From assembly GCA_963695875.1 (NCBI GenBank), contig CAVOID010000005.1, positions 128,001 to 192,000 on the forward strand: DNA of 64,000 nucleotides, read 5' to 3'. The notes beneath the pieces are model-generated. The model saw only the letters and a program-made list of their open reading frames with translations. It was not told where the DNA came from and did not search any database. This document shows, piece after piece, positions 42,401 to 52,547 of the stretch (position 1 is its first letter; the number at the start of each line of letters is the position of its first letter). A program made the translations under genes and the position numbers. The DNA is from an uncultured delta proteobacterium (GTDB lineage: Bacteria; Desulfobacterota; Syntrophia; Syntrophales; UBA2185).

Positions 42401-42772
42401 TTCGTTGCCGTCGGTATAGATAAGGTTTGGTACGTTCCGGAAACGTTTCCACTGGTCCCTGTCATGTCCCTTGAAAAGCTCCGGGTTCGCTCCCTTTCCG
42501 GGCGCCTTCAATTCAATGTAGCCGACAGGCAGGGTATCAATATGAGCCGCGAAATCAGGACGGCCCAACCTGCTGTGAAGGGTTGACTCTCCTTTCAGAA
42601 CGATATTGCGGGAAACGATTTTGCCGTAAGCGGCGAAAAGCTGGTCAACGGGAGATTTGAGCTGATCTTCCGGCTCGCCGGACGACCTCGCTGAAAACTT
42701 GGCCGTCAGCGATTGGGCAAAGACCTGCAAAGGCGCGTACATCTTTTCTTGTGGCGTAATGTTCTTGGGCAT
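39428..42772 (-). pseudogene. Fragmented type ISP/IIG-like restriction-modification enzyme (nuclease + N6-methylase + TRD)
   Basis: GRPDF...IELKAPGK, FYEDFLASYDP.LRK.GIYFTP, DPAVGTGTYL, GNPPY, NLYVYF, DLHHFRGS, RVPLTKD, spread over many frames. Confidence 0.85.
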
Positions 42773-43053
42773 TATCTCACAATCAGGAACGTTATTATGG
42801 GCTAATCTATGTTATTCCGTATAACTTGTCAATCGGGTGAGTCGAAAAGCTCAAGTGGTTGTTATCATTCAAATTGAAAAAGACACTACCCACATTCAAT
42901 AGAGTATAATCTTGTGTGGATACTTATTAGCCAACTGGATAGCATAACTGGATACTTATTATCCGCTTTAGGACAGACGAAAGATGGTCATGGATGGTAG
43001 ATGTATTGCAATTATTGTTTCATTTTAATTGCTTAAATCACATATGAGATGGC

Positions 43054-43068
43054 TGGCACAGCCCTTGC
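43054..43068 (+). promoter_or_regulatory. Sigma54 promoter
   Basis: TGGCAC-AGCCC-TTGC, a perfect consensus; GGATA-N5-TA(T/G)CC dyads at about 42918-42965 may be activator sites. Confidence 0.85.
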
Positions 43069-43111
43069 TCTATAAAAAAGCAAAACAAATAATCTAAAGG
43101 AGAATAAAACC

Positions 43112-43612
43112 ATGAAAAAAATAATAATGACGTTAGTCACAGTGATTATTGTGACAGCTTTTGCGGTCTCCGCGTTTGCCTTCGGTCCCGGCTCGGGGAG
43201 GGGTCACGGTGGTGGGCCTTATGATGGTTATGACCCAGCAGTCCTTTCGCAATTGAACCTGACCGCGGATCAGACCACTAAAATCAATGCCTTTCGAGAG
43301 GCATTCTTGAAGGATACCAAACCGCTGCAGGATAAAATGTTCAGCAAACGGGGCGACTTGAAGCTCCTCTGGTTGCAGCAGAATCCCGACCAGGAGAAGA
43401 TCCTCGCCGTGCAGAAAGAGATCAGGGCCTTGAGGGATCAGATTCAGGAAAAGAGAGATGTCTATCGGCTTAACGTTTACAATGTACTTACTCCGGAACA
43501 GAAGGAAAAGTTAAAGTCCTACGGACCGGGTCGCGGTTTCGGCCACGGCATGAGGGGTGGTGCTGGGTATCCCGGCGGTGGCCCTGGCACGGGCATGAGA
43601 GGCAACCAGTAA
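43112..43612 (+). CDS. Spy/CpxP/ZraP-family periplasmic protein
   Basis: Signal peptide, LNLTADQ and VLTPEQ motifs, Gly-rich ends. Confidence 0.85.
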   Translation: MKKIIMTLVTVIIVTAFAVSAFAFGPGSGRGHGGGPYDGYDPAVLSQLNLTADQTTKINAFREAFLKDTKPLQDKMFSKRGDLKLLWLQQNPDQEKILAVQKEIRALRDQIQEKRDVYRLNVYNVLTPEQKEKLKSYGPGRGFGHGMRGGAGYPGGGPGTGMRGNQ

Positions 43613-43634
43613 AGATACATCATACCAAAGAGTA

Positions 43635-43666
43635 GTGCCTCGGCTTTTGTAAATTCCGAGGCACTC
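43635..43666 (+). terminator. Stem-loop after the zraP-like gene
   Basis: AGTGCCTCGG...CCGAGGCACT. Confidence 0.5.
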
Positions 43667-43670
43667 TGCC

Positions 43671-44570
43671 TTGACCAAAGGAAAGAAAGTGAGAAATCAG
43701 ACCTGGACATTTTTGATAGATGGGATTAGTCTTCACGACAAAAAAACAACCCTACTGAGGCTTGCCATGGCTGGCTTTCCAATAAAAAATATCCTGTCTA
43801 AAAGCTTCAAGTTGATGTGGCCGGCCATGGTTGTTCTTCTGTTGACGCTTTTCATCTCAGCTTTTTTCACAAAATTTATCTTCGTAACCGGCATAGTGTC
43901 ATTTTGGAAAATTCTTCTTCGTTTTTTTCGCCTTACCCTTATCCTAACTCTTCCCATACTCTTTCTTCCTTATGTCAGTATGGTCATGCAGAATCTTCTG
44001 AATCGGGGAAACTATCGCTTAATCCAGATACGTGAGGAGAGAAGTCATGAGTTTAACCGCTGGCAAAGTTGGTTAGTTCGGCCATTGCAGTGCATCGGGC
44101 TGGCGATGTTGATTGCGGCAAAGTTTATCACAGTTTTGCAAATCTACACGGGGAATACAATTACCGCCGCAACCATCCTTCCATCTGGTCAATTTAATCC
44201 AGCAAGATTTTTGAGCACCACGGCCATTGCCATGACGACGTCATTGCTGCTTTCTTTCCTCTGGACGTTGGATGATCTGGGAATTCGGTATTCCAACACG
44301 AAGACGGGGGAAGTCAGAATGATAGGAAAGTATATTGGCATACTGCTGCCAATCATATTTGGCTTTTACGGTATGTTCAGCCTGTTTGAAAGTCACGAAC
44401 GCTTATTGGCGGTCCAGTATATTTTCCAGATGATCATCGTTCTCTATCCTCCATTCGTCGTTATGACCGTACTCAACTTTCTTTATATCGAAAAGTACGA
44501 AACCATTTTACTGGAAAAATTAAAGATAGACTCTCGGTTGGTGTTAATGGATAAACAAGAAGTCAGTTAA
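43671..44570 (+). CDS. Hypothetical multi-pass membrane protein (start uncertain)
   Basis: About 6 hydrophobic segments; WTLDDLGIR. Confidence 0.6.
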   Translation: MTKGKKVRNQTWTFLIDGISLHDKKTTLLRLAMAGFPIKNILSKSFKLMWPAMVVLLLTLFISAFFTKFIFVTGIVSFWKILLRFFRLTLILTLPILFLPYVSMVMQNLLNRGNYRLIQIREERSHEFNRWQSWLVRPLQCIGLAMLIAAKFITVLQIYTGNTITAATILPSGQFNPARFLSTTAIAMTTSLLLSFLWTLDDLGIRYSNTKTGEVRMIGKYIGILLPIIFGFYGMFSLFESHERLLAVQYIFQMIIVLYPPFVVMTVLNFLYIEKYETILLEKLKIDSRLVLMDKQEVS

Positions 44571-44763
44571 TGAAAAAAATAAAAAAACCCAGTGTGCCTT
44601 TAGCTTCAAGTATAAGATACTGGAATAAGGTGGTAGCTGGCACCTGCCATTGTTTTGTCATTTAGTCATCATTGTGTTCCGCTATTAAGAGCATTAATTT
44701 GTCGACAGTAAAGAAGTGGCGCTGCCAAGAATGTAGAGCAGCATCTGTGGAAAGGAGAAAGAT

Positions 44764-45468
44764 ATGGAATTGATCGTCGCGGAAAATATATCTAAAGATT
44801 ACCAGGTTGGCGAGGTTGTCATACATGCCTTGAAGGATGTCAGTTTTGAAATTGAGCCGGCATCTTTTGTTTCCTTTGTTGGGCCTTCAGGAAGTGGCAA
44901 AACAACCCTTCTGAACCTGATCGGTTGCCTGGATAAACCCACGGAAGGGAAGTTAACGGTTGCAGGCACTGACATTTCCATGCTCGATCGAAAAGAGAGC
45001 GCCGCCTTTCGGGGAAATCACATCGGCTTCATTTTTCAGGATTTTAATCTAATACCCGTTCTCACGGTATACGAAAACATTGAATACCCTCTCCTCATGG
45101 TTCAAAATGTGCCGGCCACAGAAAGGAGCGACAGGATTCATGGGCTGCTCAAAGCCGTCGACATGCTCGATCAGAAGGACAAATACCCGGATCAGATCTC
45201 AGGCGGCCAGAAACAGCGGGTGGCGATCGCCAGGGCGCTTGTGACGAATCCAAAACTTGTCCTGGCTGATGAACCTACGGCCAATCTCGATTCTCAGACT
45301 GCCCATGCCGTCATTGAACTCATGAAGAAGATGAAAGATGAACTCAAGACGACATTTATTTTTTCTACTCATGATCAGAAGATCGTGGGGGAGGCAGAGA
45401 CTGTTTTCACTCTCGGGGATGGTGAATTGATGGATCATAAAGTGAAGGGAGGGATAAAAAATGGGTAA
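44764..45468 (+). CDS. ABC transporter ATP-binding protein (LolD/MacB type)
   Basis: GPSGSGKT, ISGGQKQRVAIARA, LADEPT. Confidence 0.95.
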   Translation: MELIVAENISKDYQVGEVVIHALKDVSFEIEPASFVSFVGPSGSGKTTLLNLIGCLDKPTEGKLTVAGTDISMLDRKESAAFRGNHIGFIFQDFNLIPVLTVYENIEYPLLMVQNVPATERSDRIHGLLKAVDMLDQKDKYPDQISGGQKQRVAIARALVTNPKLVLADEPTANLDSQTAHAVIELMKKMKDELKTTFIFSTHDQKIVGEAETVFTLGDGELMDHKVKGGIKNG

Positions 45469-46699
45469 CCTCTTTAAAATTGCAGTCCGAAACCTCTTGC
45501 GATACAAGAGACGGACATTCCTCACAGCATCTCTTATCACCATCGGGGTGATTTTTGTCCTTGTCTTTATCTCCGTTTCCGGTTCTTTTAAAGCAATGAT
45601 GATCAGCCAGATAACGGACTCAATGCTGGGACATATCCAGATACATAAAAAGGGATATGTAGCCGCCATTGACAATTTGCCCCTCAATTTGAATCTCAGG
45701 CCACAGGCTGTTGCAAAAATCGAAGATATCCTCAATAATGATGTCGACGTGGAATCATATTCCCCACGGATCAAGTTCGGAGGGATGTTCAGTAATTTTA
45801 TAGAAACAACAAATATCCGTCTCAACGGCGTTTATCCGGATCGAGAATTTAAGACAATCCCTCTGCTTGCGTCAAGGATCAGTGCCGGCAAACAATCCAT
45901 TGAAAAAGGAGGAATCCTTATCCCTGTCCTGCTGTCAAAAGGGATGGGCGTCAAGATCGGAGATACCGTGGTGATTGTGACTACCAATAAAGATGGGTCG
46001 GTTAACGGAAAACAATTTACAGTCTCCGGCATCCTCGAAAGCGCCACCGGACCGGGTGGAAGAGATGGTTACGTTCATATCGAAGACGCCCAGGAACTTC
46101 TGAGAATGACGGAGATGGAGATAAGCGAGGTGGCAATCCGTCTCAAGGATTTCGACAGGCTCCATTCTGCCGATCTCAAGCTTCAAAATCTCCTGGCAGG
46201 AGAGTTAAATCAGCAGGGGAAACCCATTTTCGAAATTCACACATGGGAAAAGCTCTCCCCATTTTATCATCTTTCCAGAATGATTGATCTGATGACATTC
46301 TTTATTAAGCTCATGCTCATCGCCATTGTCCTCATCAGCATCATGAACGTGATGATCATGGCGGTCTATGAAAGAATCCGGGAGATTGGTACAATTGCAG
46401 CTATCGGCACGCCTCCGAAGAAGATCCTTTCCATGTTTGTGATCGAAGGGTTCTGTCTCGGGATTTTTGGTACCGTTGTAGGAAATATTTTCGGAGCTGT
46501 AATTATTTATATAATCAACGCGTCAAAGATTACTTTTGACTTTGCGATGCACCAGGGATTAATTTTGTCGGCCAATATCAGGTCCTCAGATATAATCTCC
46601 ATATCTGTCATAGTCATCATTGTCTCTGTGATTGCAAGCCTTCAGCCTGCTTTCAAAGCCTCGCGCATGGAACCGATCACAGCATTGAGACATGTCTAA
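45461..46699 (+). CDS. ABC permease, FtsX/LolE type
   Basis: IAVRNLLR, AVYERIREIG, PAFKASRMEPITAL. Confidence 0.92.
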   Translation: MGNLFKIAVRNLLRYKRRTFLTASLITIGVIFVLVFISVSGSFKAMMISQITDSMLGHIQIHKKGYVAAIDNLPLNLNLRPQAVAKIEDILNNDVDVESYSPRIKFGGMFSNFIETTNIRLNGVYPDREFKTIPLLASRISAGKQSIEKGGILIPVLLSKGMGVKIGDTVVIVTTNKDGSVNGKQFTVSGILESATGPGGRDGYVHIEDAQELLRMTEMEISEVAIRLKDFDRLHSADLKLQNLLAGELNQQGKPIFEIHTWEKLSPFYHLSRMIDLMTFFIKLMLIAIVLISIMNVMIMAVYERIREIGTIAAIGTPPKKILSMFVIEGFCLGIFGTVVGNIFGAVIIYIINASKITFDFAMHQGLILSANIRSSDIISISVIVIIVSVIASLQPAFKASRMEPITALRHV

Positions 46700-46815
46700 A
46701 ATTTATTGAGGTTGAAATTTATGAAGCTGAAATCTATTGCTCATGTTTTGGGTTTGGAAAGATGCCCAATGCGCCGGACTGTAACCTGCGAACGTCTTAC
46801 TCACGGAGGTCTGAC

Positions 46816-47550
46816 ATGTATAAATTTCTGATATCATCCGTACTGATCCTGCTTCTTGTCCTCCCGGCATATGCACTTGACGGTACGCAACTTCTGGAAC
46901 AGGTGGATAAAAATCTAAACCCGGAATCATACGAAGCCTACAGGAAACTGATTAATGTGGAGCCCGATGGCAAAAGAAAAGAGTACACTCTTTTTACCAT
47001 AAAGAAAGGGACTGACAAGATAGCGGCCATCTTCCTTGCCCCGGCAAGTGAAAAGGGAAGAAGCATATTGAGGCTGGGAGAGAATATGTGGCTTTATATC
47101 CCCAATGTAGGGAAGCCCATTCGCATCACGAGCCTTCAGTCCGTGGTGGGTGGAGTTTTTAATAATGCGGATATTTTGAACCTTGATTATGTGGCAGAAT
47201 ATAGTGTGGAGTCGCTAAAAGAAGAGGGCAAGGAATATCTTCTTTCCTTAAAAGCCAAAACGAGGGAAGTGGCATATGACCGGCTGAAGATGTGGGTGGA
47301 TAAAAACAAACTGCTTCCGACGAAAATCGAATGCCTGACAGAGAAATTCCTGCTTATTAAGACCCTTTATTTCAAGGACCATAAAGACTTCGGAGGAGGG
47401 CTGGTGAGGCCATCGGTCATCGAAACGGACAGTCCTCTCTATAAGGGGTATAAATCCGTTATAATCTATGCCAAAATCAAGAAGAGGGATTTCAAGGATG
47501 AATCCTTTACCCTGACTTTTATGCCTCATATAGAAACCCTGAGGAGATGA
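46816..47550 (+). CDS. LolA-like outer membrane lipoprotein-sorting protein
   Basis: Signal peptide, FLAPASEKG..L, MWLYIP, YDRLKMWVD. Confidence 0.85.
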   Translation: MYKFLISSVLILLLVLPAYALDGTQLLEQVDKNLNPESYEAYRKLINVEPDGKRKEYTLFTIKKGTDKIAAIFLAPASEKGRSILRLGENMWLYIPNVGKPIRITSLQSVVGGVFNNADILNLDYVAEYSVESLKEEGKEYLLSLKAKTREVAYDRLKMWVDKNKLLPTKIECLTEKFLLIKTLYFKDHKDFGGGLVRPSVIETDSPLYKGYKSVIIYAKIKKRDFKDESFTLTFMPHIETLRR

Positions 47551-48842
47551 AAATACTCATCGTTTTGTTGAATCTGCTTATCCTGTTACCGGCTCTTGCC
47601 TATGGAGAGGAGCAGTACAAATTCGAGTTATCCGAAACAGAAAAGAAACCTTACCACTTCGGCGGATACGTGGAGTTCAGGCCGGTTGTTTTCTGGCCGG
47701 ACACGGGCTCTGCACTGTATAAGCTGAATTATTACAAACGAGACCCCGGCGGCAATACAGAAGAGTATAATGCGAAGCTGCAATTGGAAGGGAGCTACGA
47801 GAAGGGGGCTGCACGGCTGTATTTCAAAACCAATACGGACTACAAGAATTCTTATTTCGGCGAATCTGAGCATTCAACTTTCTATGAGGGGTATGTTTCT
47901 TTAAAACCGTCTGATTCTCTGAAGGTTGACGCCGGAAAGAGAACCTTCAAATGGGGAAAGGGCTATGCCTGGAATCCCGTCGCCTTTCTCGACAGACCAA
48001 AAGACCCGAATGATCCGGAACTGGCACTGGAAGGGTATATCGCTGCCTCAGCAGACTATATCAAGAGCTTTCAAGGCCCTCTGAAAACCTTTTCCTTCAC
48101 ACCTGTCTTATTTCCCGTTTATGACCATATCAACGACAGTTTTGGTCAGAACAATAAACTCAATTTCGCAGGGAAACTTTATTTTCTCCTTTATGACACA
48201 GATATTGATCTGATCGTCTTTACCGGCGGGAGTAAAACGACCCGGTACGGCCTGGACTTCTCCAGAAATATTACGCCGAATCTGGAAGTCCATGGTGAAT
48301 TCGCATATATACGAGATTATCAGGACAACTTCATAGACAGCAACGGGAACACTTATCTCAACGAATACGACGCTAAAAGTTATCTCCTGGGCATCAGGTA
48401 CCTCACCGCAAGCGATACCACTTATATATTTGAGTACTACCACAATGGGACAGGGTACACGGAGGCTGAGCTGAAGAACTACTATGCCTTCATAAATAAG
48501 GGCTATCAGTCTTACCTCTCCACAGGGAGCGATTCGCTCCTGCAGAAAGCCGCCAATCTGACGGAAAATAATTACGGAAGGGTCAACCCGATGATCAATT
48601 ACCTTTATTTGCGGGTAAGCCAGAAAGAGCCCTTCGATATCCTGTACCTTACGCCGGCTATCACGGGCATATGGAATATGGACGACAAAAGTCTGACTGT
48701 ATCCCCTGAAGTCTTATATACACGCTTTACTAATTGGGAGTTGCGTTTGAAGGCTATCTTTCTCGTTGGTGGAGGGGACAGTGAATTCGGAGAAAAGCAA
48801 AACGACTACCGACTGGAATTTAGAGCGGGGTATTACTTTTGA
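47547..48842 (+). CDS. Outer membrane beta-barrel protein
   Basis: Signal peptide, GK..FKWGKGYAWNP, C-terminal YYF. Confidence 0.75.
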   Translation: MKILIVLLNLLILLPALAYGEEQYKFELSETEKKPYHFGGYVEFRPVVFWPDTGSALYKLNYYKRDPGGNTEEYNAKLQLEGSYEKGAARLYFKTNTDYKNSYFGESEHSTFYEGYVSLKPSDSLKVDAGKRTFKWGKGYAWNPVAFLDRPKDPNDPELALEGYIAASADYIKSFQGPLKTFSFTPVLFPVYDHINDSFGQNNKLNFAGKLYFLLYDTDIDLIVFTGGSKTTRYGLDFSRNITPNLEVHGEFAYIRDYQDNFIDSNGNTYLNEYDAKSYLLGIRYLTASDTTYIFEYYHNGTGYTEAELKNYYAFINKGYQSYLSTGSDSLLQKAANLTENNYGRVNPMINYLYLRVSQKEPFDILYLTPAITGIWNMDDKSLTVSPEVLYTRFTNWELRLKAIFLVGGGDSEFGEKQNDYRLEFRAGYYF

Positions 48843-48847
48843 ATCAA

Positions 48848-48988
48848 ATGCCAATAGTCAAAGGTCTGTTTGCATCCTTTTTCAGGCTTGGCCTGACTGC
48901 CTTCGGAGGCCCTGCAATGGTGGCGCATATCAGGGAACTTTCTACCGAGCGCCATCAATGGTTGGTGGTCTCAGGTTCAAGTACATGA
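48848..48988 (+). pseudogene. N-terminal remnant of a chromate transporter
   Basis: LFASFFRLGLTAFGGPAMVAHIRELS aligns with the N-terminus of 50344-51501. Confidence 0.8.
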
Positions 48989-49024
48989 TAATGGAATGTG
49001 AAGTAATGATTAGGAGGAAATTAG

Positions 49025-50305
49025 ATGTTTTTGAAAAATTTAAAAGAGAAGATAATGAGGGTGACGGCATTTACCGGTATATTTCTATTTATTGTTGTGG
49101 CCTTTGAAATTATGATCATGATAAGTCCATTTGCGTTTTTCTTCTATTCTGTCTTTAATCCGGTATTCAATTGGCTGGGCCGGTTCCCCGCAACAAGTTG
49201 GCTTACTTCCTTCTTTTTGCCCCATATGATTTTGCCGCCGACTCTTTTTCTGAAAATCATCCGTATTGCCGGTTCCGCATTTTTTATAATAGGTGCTGTC
49301 GCTTTCATAGTGTGCGCTTTACAGGTCTATCTGGGTAAGCTGTTCAGGTGGGGTGTAGCGGATAAGGGACTGTATAAGCATATACGGCATCCCCAGTATC
49401 TTGCACTTGGCATATGGGGTATCGGCATGAGCATCTTATGGCCACGGTTCCTGGTTCTCGCAACCCTTTCCATTATGTTTATCCTGTACTATTTTCTGGC
49501 GAAAGATGAAGAGAAGCGGATGCTGAACCGTTATGGAGAGTCATACGAAAAGTATATGAACAGCACCGGTATGTTTCTCCCAAAAAAGGTTGGGAGATAT
49601 TTTTCTTTTATGAATCACATCATCCCGGAAACTTCGCTCAGGTATGCCGTTGTTTCTATGCTGATCATTACCTCAGTCTTGGGCTCGGGTTTCATTCTGA
49701 GGACAATTACTTTAAACTCCCTCCCCTTCGCGTCTAAAACAAATGTGACCATCGTATCCATGTTGCCAGAAGATGCCGGTATGAATGCAAATACAATACA
49801 GGCCATTCTTCATGGCGAGAAATACGGCAAGATAAATTTATCCGATGATAAAGACTATCTCGCGTATTTGATGCCCGCAGATTATATCATGCAGGGCATG
49901 ATAGCAAATACGGGTGGAGAATTTCATCTCTTTAAACAACATAACACATTTGCCATGATAATCGAATGGGTCTTGCATCCTTTCGAGCATCTCAGGAGTT
50001 CACCGTCTTTTCATATGGCCAGGTTGCATAATGTTGATCCGTCAATCGCGAGAAGGCGCCACTGCCCTATCAGCATAGATGAGCCCGCTTTGGACTGCAA
50101 TGCCTGCCCGTATAGACGTGTGATTATCGATGAAGTACAGGATGAAACGGGGAAGCATCTGTCGGGAAGTGGTTTGTTCTCGTTTGGAACGATTAGAACG
50201 CCTCGTTATGCCATCGATTTAAATACTCAGACAGGTGCGATCGTCAACATTGTAGCTGTTGAGAAAGCAACGGCGTGGGTGGATGTACCTACACCAAGTA
50301 TCTGA
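49025..50305 (+). CDS. Isoprenylcysteine carboxylmethyltransferase / PEMT-like membrane protein with extra C-terminal domain
   Basis: GLYKHIRHPQYL, EEKRML..YGESY..Y; C-terminal domain with HC...CNAC. Confidence 0.75.
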   Translation: MFLKNLKEKIMRVTAFTGIFLFIVVAFEIMIMISPFAFFFYSVFNPVFNWLGRFPATSWLTSFFLPHMILPPTLFLKIIRIAGSAFFIIGAVAFIVCALQVYLGKLFRWGVADKGLYKHIRHPQYLALGIWGIGMSILWPRFLVLATLSIMFILYYFLAKDEEKRMLNRYGESYEKYMNSTGMFLPKKVGRYFSFMNHIIPETSLRYAVVSMLIITSVLGSGFILRTITLNSLPFASKTNVTIVSMLPEDAGMNANTIQAILHGEKYGKINLSDDKDYLAYLMPADYIMQGMIANTGGEFHLFKQHNTFAMIIEWVLHPFEHLRSSPSFHMARLHNVDPSIARRRHCPISIDEPALDCNACPYRRVIIDEVQDETGKHLSGSGLFSFGTIRTPRYAIDLNTQTGAIVNIVAVEKATAWVDVPTPSI

Positions 50306-50343
50306 GTAAATATTATTAATTTAATCGGCAATCAGGATAAGTA

Positions 50344-51501
50344 TTGAACGGAAATCCCTCTATTAGATATCTCTTCCTGTCCTTCCTGCGACTCGGAATT
50401 ACATCTTTCGGTGGCCCTGCAATGGTGGCTCATATCAGGGAACTCTCTATCCGACGCAATAGATGGCTGGACGAAGCCGATTTTAAAAACGGCATCGCCC
50501 TCTGCCAATCCATACCGGGCGCTACCGTCATGCAGGTAGCCGCGTATGTCGGGCTCAAAGTTCGGGGAATCTTCGGGGCATTAGCTGCCTATATAGGTTT
50601 CGGATTACCGGCTTTTATCCTGATGTTGATTCTCTCGGCTTTATATGCCCGATTCAACAGCCTTCCAAAGTTCATCTCTTTGTTTAATGGCCTTCAGGTG
50701 ATCGTCGTTGCTATCATCTTTAACGCAGTCTTATCTTTTGGCAGGAATATCGTAAACGATTACAGGAGCATTATCGTTGCGCTTTTGTCTGCTCTCTTGT
50801 TCTGGCTGGGTATAAGTCCTTTTATAGTTATCGTTGGAGCCGGAATTCTTGGCATGAAGTTGTTTAGAATATCCGCCTCAAGCACAGCAGTCAATTCCGA
50901 AACAAAGGAAACAAAGTGGCATACCAAGCGAATCATTGTTCTCTTGGTCACTTTTTTTATCTGTCTTACCGGGCTGTATTTCGTAAACTCCACACTCTTT
51001 AGTATAGCGGCGGTCATGCTCAAAATAGACCTCTTCGCCTTCGGTGGCGGGTTTGCCTCTCTTCCGCTCATGCTTCACGAGGTTGTAATTAACAGGGGAT
51101 GGCTGGACAGCAAGACCTTTATGGACGGAATAGCCCTCGGCCAGGTGACACCGGGCCCCATCGTTATTACAGCGGCCTTTGTGGGATATTTGGTCTATGG
51201 GATTCTCGGTGCGATTGTTGCGGCAATCGCTATATTTACACCTTCATTCTTCCTTTTGGTTACCATTGCACCATTTTTTGATCGTCTGAAGAATTCCGTA
51301 TATTTTATGAGGGCGATAGATGGCATTTTCGCATCCTTCGCAGGACTTCTCTTATATGTTTGTATCAAATTCGCGGTGACTGTACCGTGGGACATCGTAA
51401 GGATTTTATTGGTTCTTGCGGCATTAGCCGCCCTGCTTCGAAGGATAGACATACTTTATATAGTGCTGGGTGGGGCGCTTATTTCTATATTCTTTTTGTA
51501 A
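50344..51501 (+). CDS. chrA: Chromate efflux transporter (long-chain CHR)
   Basis: SFGGP, QSIPG, AFGGG, GQVTPGP. Confidence 0.9.
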   Translation: MNGNPSIRYLFLSFLRLGITSFGGPAMVAHIRELSIRRNRWLDEADFKNGIALCQSIPGATVMQVAAYVGLKVRGIFGALAAYIGFGLPAFILMLILSALYARFNSLPKFISLFNGLQVIVVAIIFNAVLSFGRNIVNDYRSIIVALLSALLFWLGISPFIVIVGAGILGMKLFRISASSTAVNSETKETKWHTKRIIVLLVTFFICLTGLYFVNSTLFSIAAVMLKIDLFAFGGGFASLPLMLHEVVINRGWLDSKTFMDGIALGQVTPGPIVITAAFVGYLVYGILGAIVAAIAIFTPSFFLLVTIAPFFDRLKNSVYFMRAIDGIFASFAGLLLYVCIKFAVTVPWDIVRILLVLAALAALLRRIDILYIVLGGALISIFFL

Positions 51502-51674
51502 GTCTGACGAGACAAAATAAATATCATTCTTATTCTTCTTTAGTAAATCAAATTTAATTCAGTATTAAGTGTTTCGAATAGAACTACCGCAGCTAAACAG
51601 TCAGATATGTCCGTGCAATCTTCCTTATATAATTGAAATGGGATTCGGTTATCGAAAGCAAAATAGAAAAACCC

Positions 51675-51720
51675 TTGACAAAAATAATATGACTACATAT
51701 ATTGCCTGTTAGCAATATAT
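51675..51720 (+). promoter_or_regulatory. -35 box and ArsR operator
   Basis: TTGACA at 51675; perfect inverted repeat ATATATTGC-N6-GCAATATAT at 51697-51720. Confidence 0.78.
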
Positions 51721-51727
51721 AGGAGCT

Positions 51728-52081
51728 ATGACCATGAAAGATTTTATTCGGGTCATGAAGGCCCTCTCCGATCCCAACCGGGTGAAGATCATTAAGATCC
51801 TGCAAGAACGTGTTATGTGCGTCTGCGAGATTCAAGCGGCCCTGCGTTTAGCCCAGCCGACCATATCTAAGCACCTGAAGGTCCTGGAGGATGCGGGACT
51901 CGTAAACCACAGTAAAGAGGGATTGTGGGTCAACTATTCCATTACCGATGGCGCACGGAGTTCCTATGCGGCAAGTCTCCTTGGACAAATGCGCCACTGG
52001 CTCTCTGAAGACCCGGGGATCAAGAGGCTTCTCAGCTGCCTTGACGAGATTCAGCGGGAAGACATCTGCAAGAGGCCATGA
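51728..52081 (+). CDS. arsR: ArsR/SmtB regulator
   Basis: KALSDPNR, MCVCEI, QPTISKHL. Confidence 0.92.
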   Translation: MTMKDFIRVMKALSDPNRVKIIKILQERVMCVCEIQAALRLAQPTISKHLKVLEDAGLVNHSKEGLWVNYSITDGARSSYAASLLGQMRHWLSEDPGIKRLLSCLDEIQREDICKRP

Positions 52082-52184
52082 AAGCTTAAGTAAATTACCT
52101 TTTGGAAATATGATAATAAGCAGGGGATGCTGACAACAGCATTTTGGGTTGGAATACGACAGACATTGAGAGGAGATGCGTTTT

Positions 52185-52418
52185 ATGGAAATCAAGATTT
52201 TAGGGCCTGGATGCGCGAAATGCCATCAGGTGGAAAAACTAGTCAAAGAAACGCTCGCTGAGACGGGCGCAGATGCAAATGTCGAACATGTAACTGATTT
52301 CAAGAAGATCGCTGAGTACGGAGTTTTTAGCACGCCGTCGGTGGTCGTGGATGGCAAGGTCAAATCAGTGGGCAAGATTCCGAAAAAAGAAGAAATCAAG
52401 ACCTGGATCGGGAAGTGA
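52185..52418 (+). CDS. Small redox-active disulfide protein (MTH895-like thioredoxin)
   Basis: IKILGPGCAKC, YGVFSTP. Confidence 0.9.
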   Translation: MEIKILGPGCAKCHQVEKLVKETLAETGADANVEHVTDFKKIAEYGVFSTPSVVVDGKVKSVGKIPKKEEIKTWIGK

Positions 52419-52547
52419 TTATGAGAATCGTTTAACCCGTCATTCCTTGCTTGACATGGGATCCATGGCCACAGGGTTGGATTCCCGCCGGATATCGCCC
52501 TCGTTAAAGCGCGGGTGGAAATAACATTTCTGTTGGAGATTCACTTT

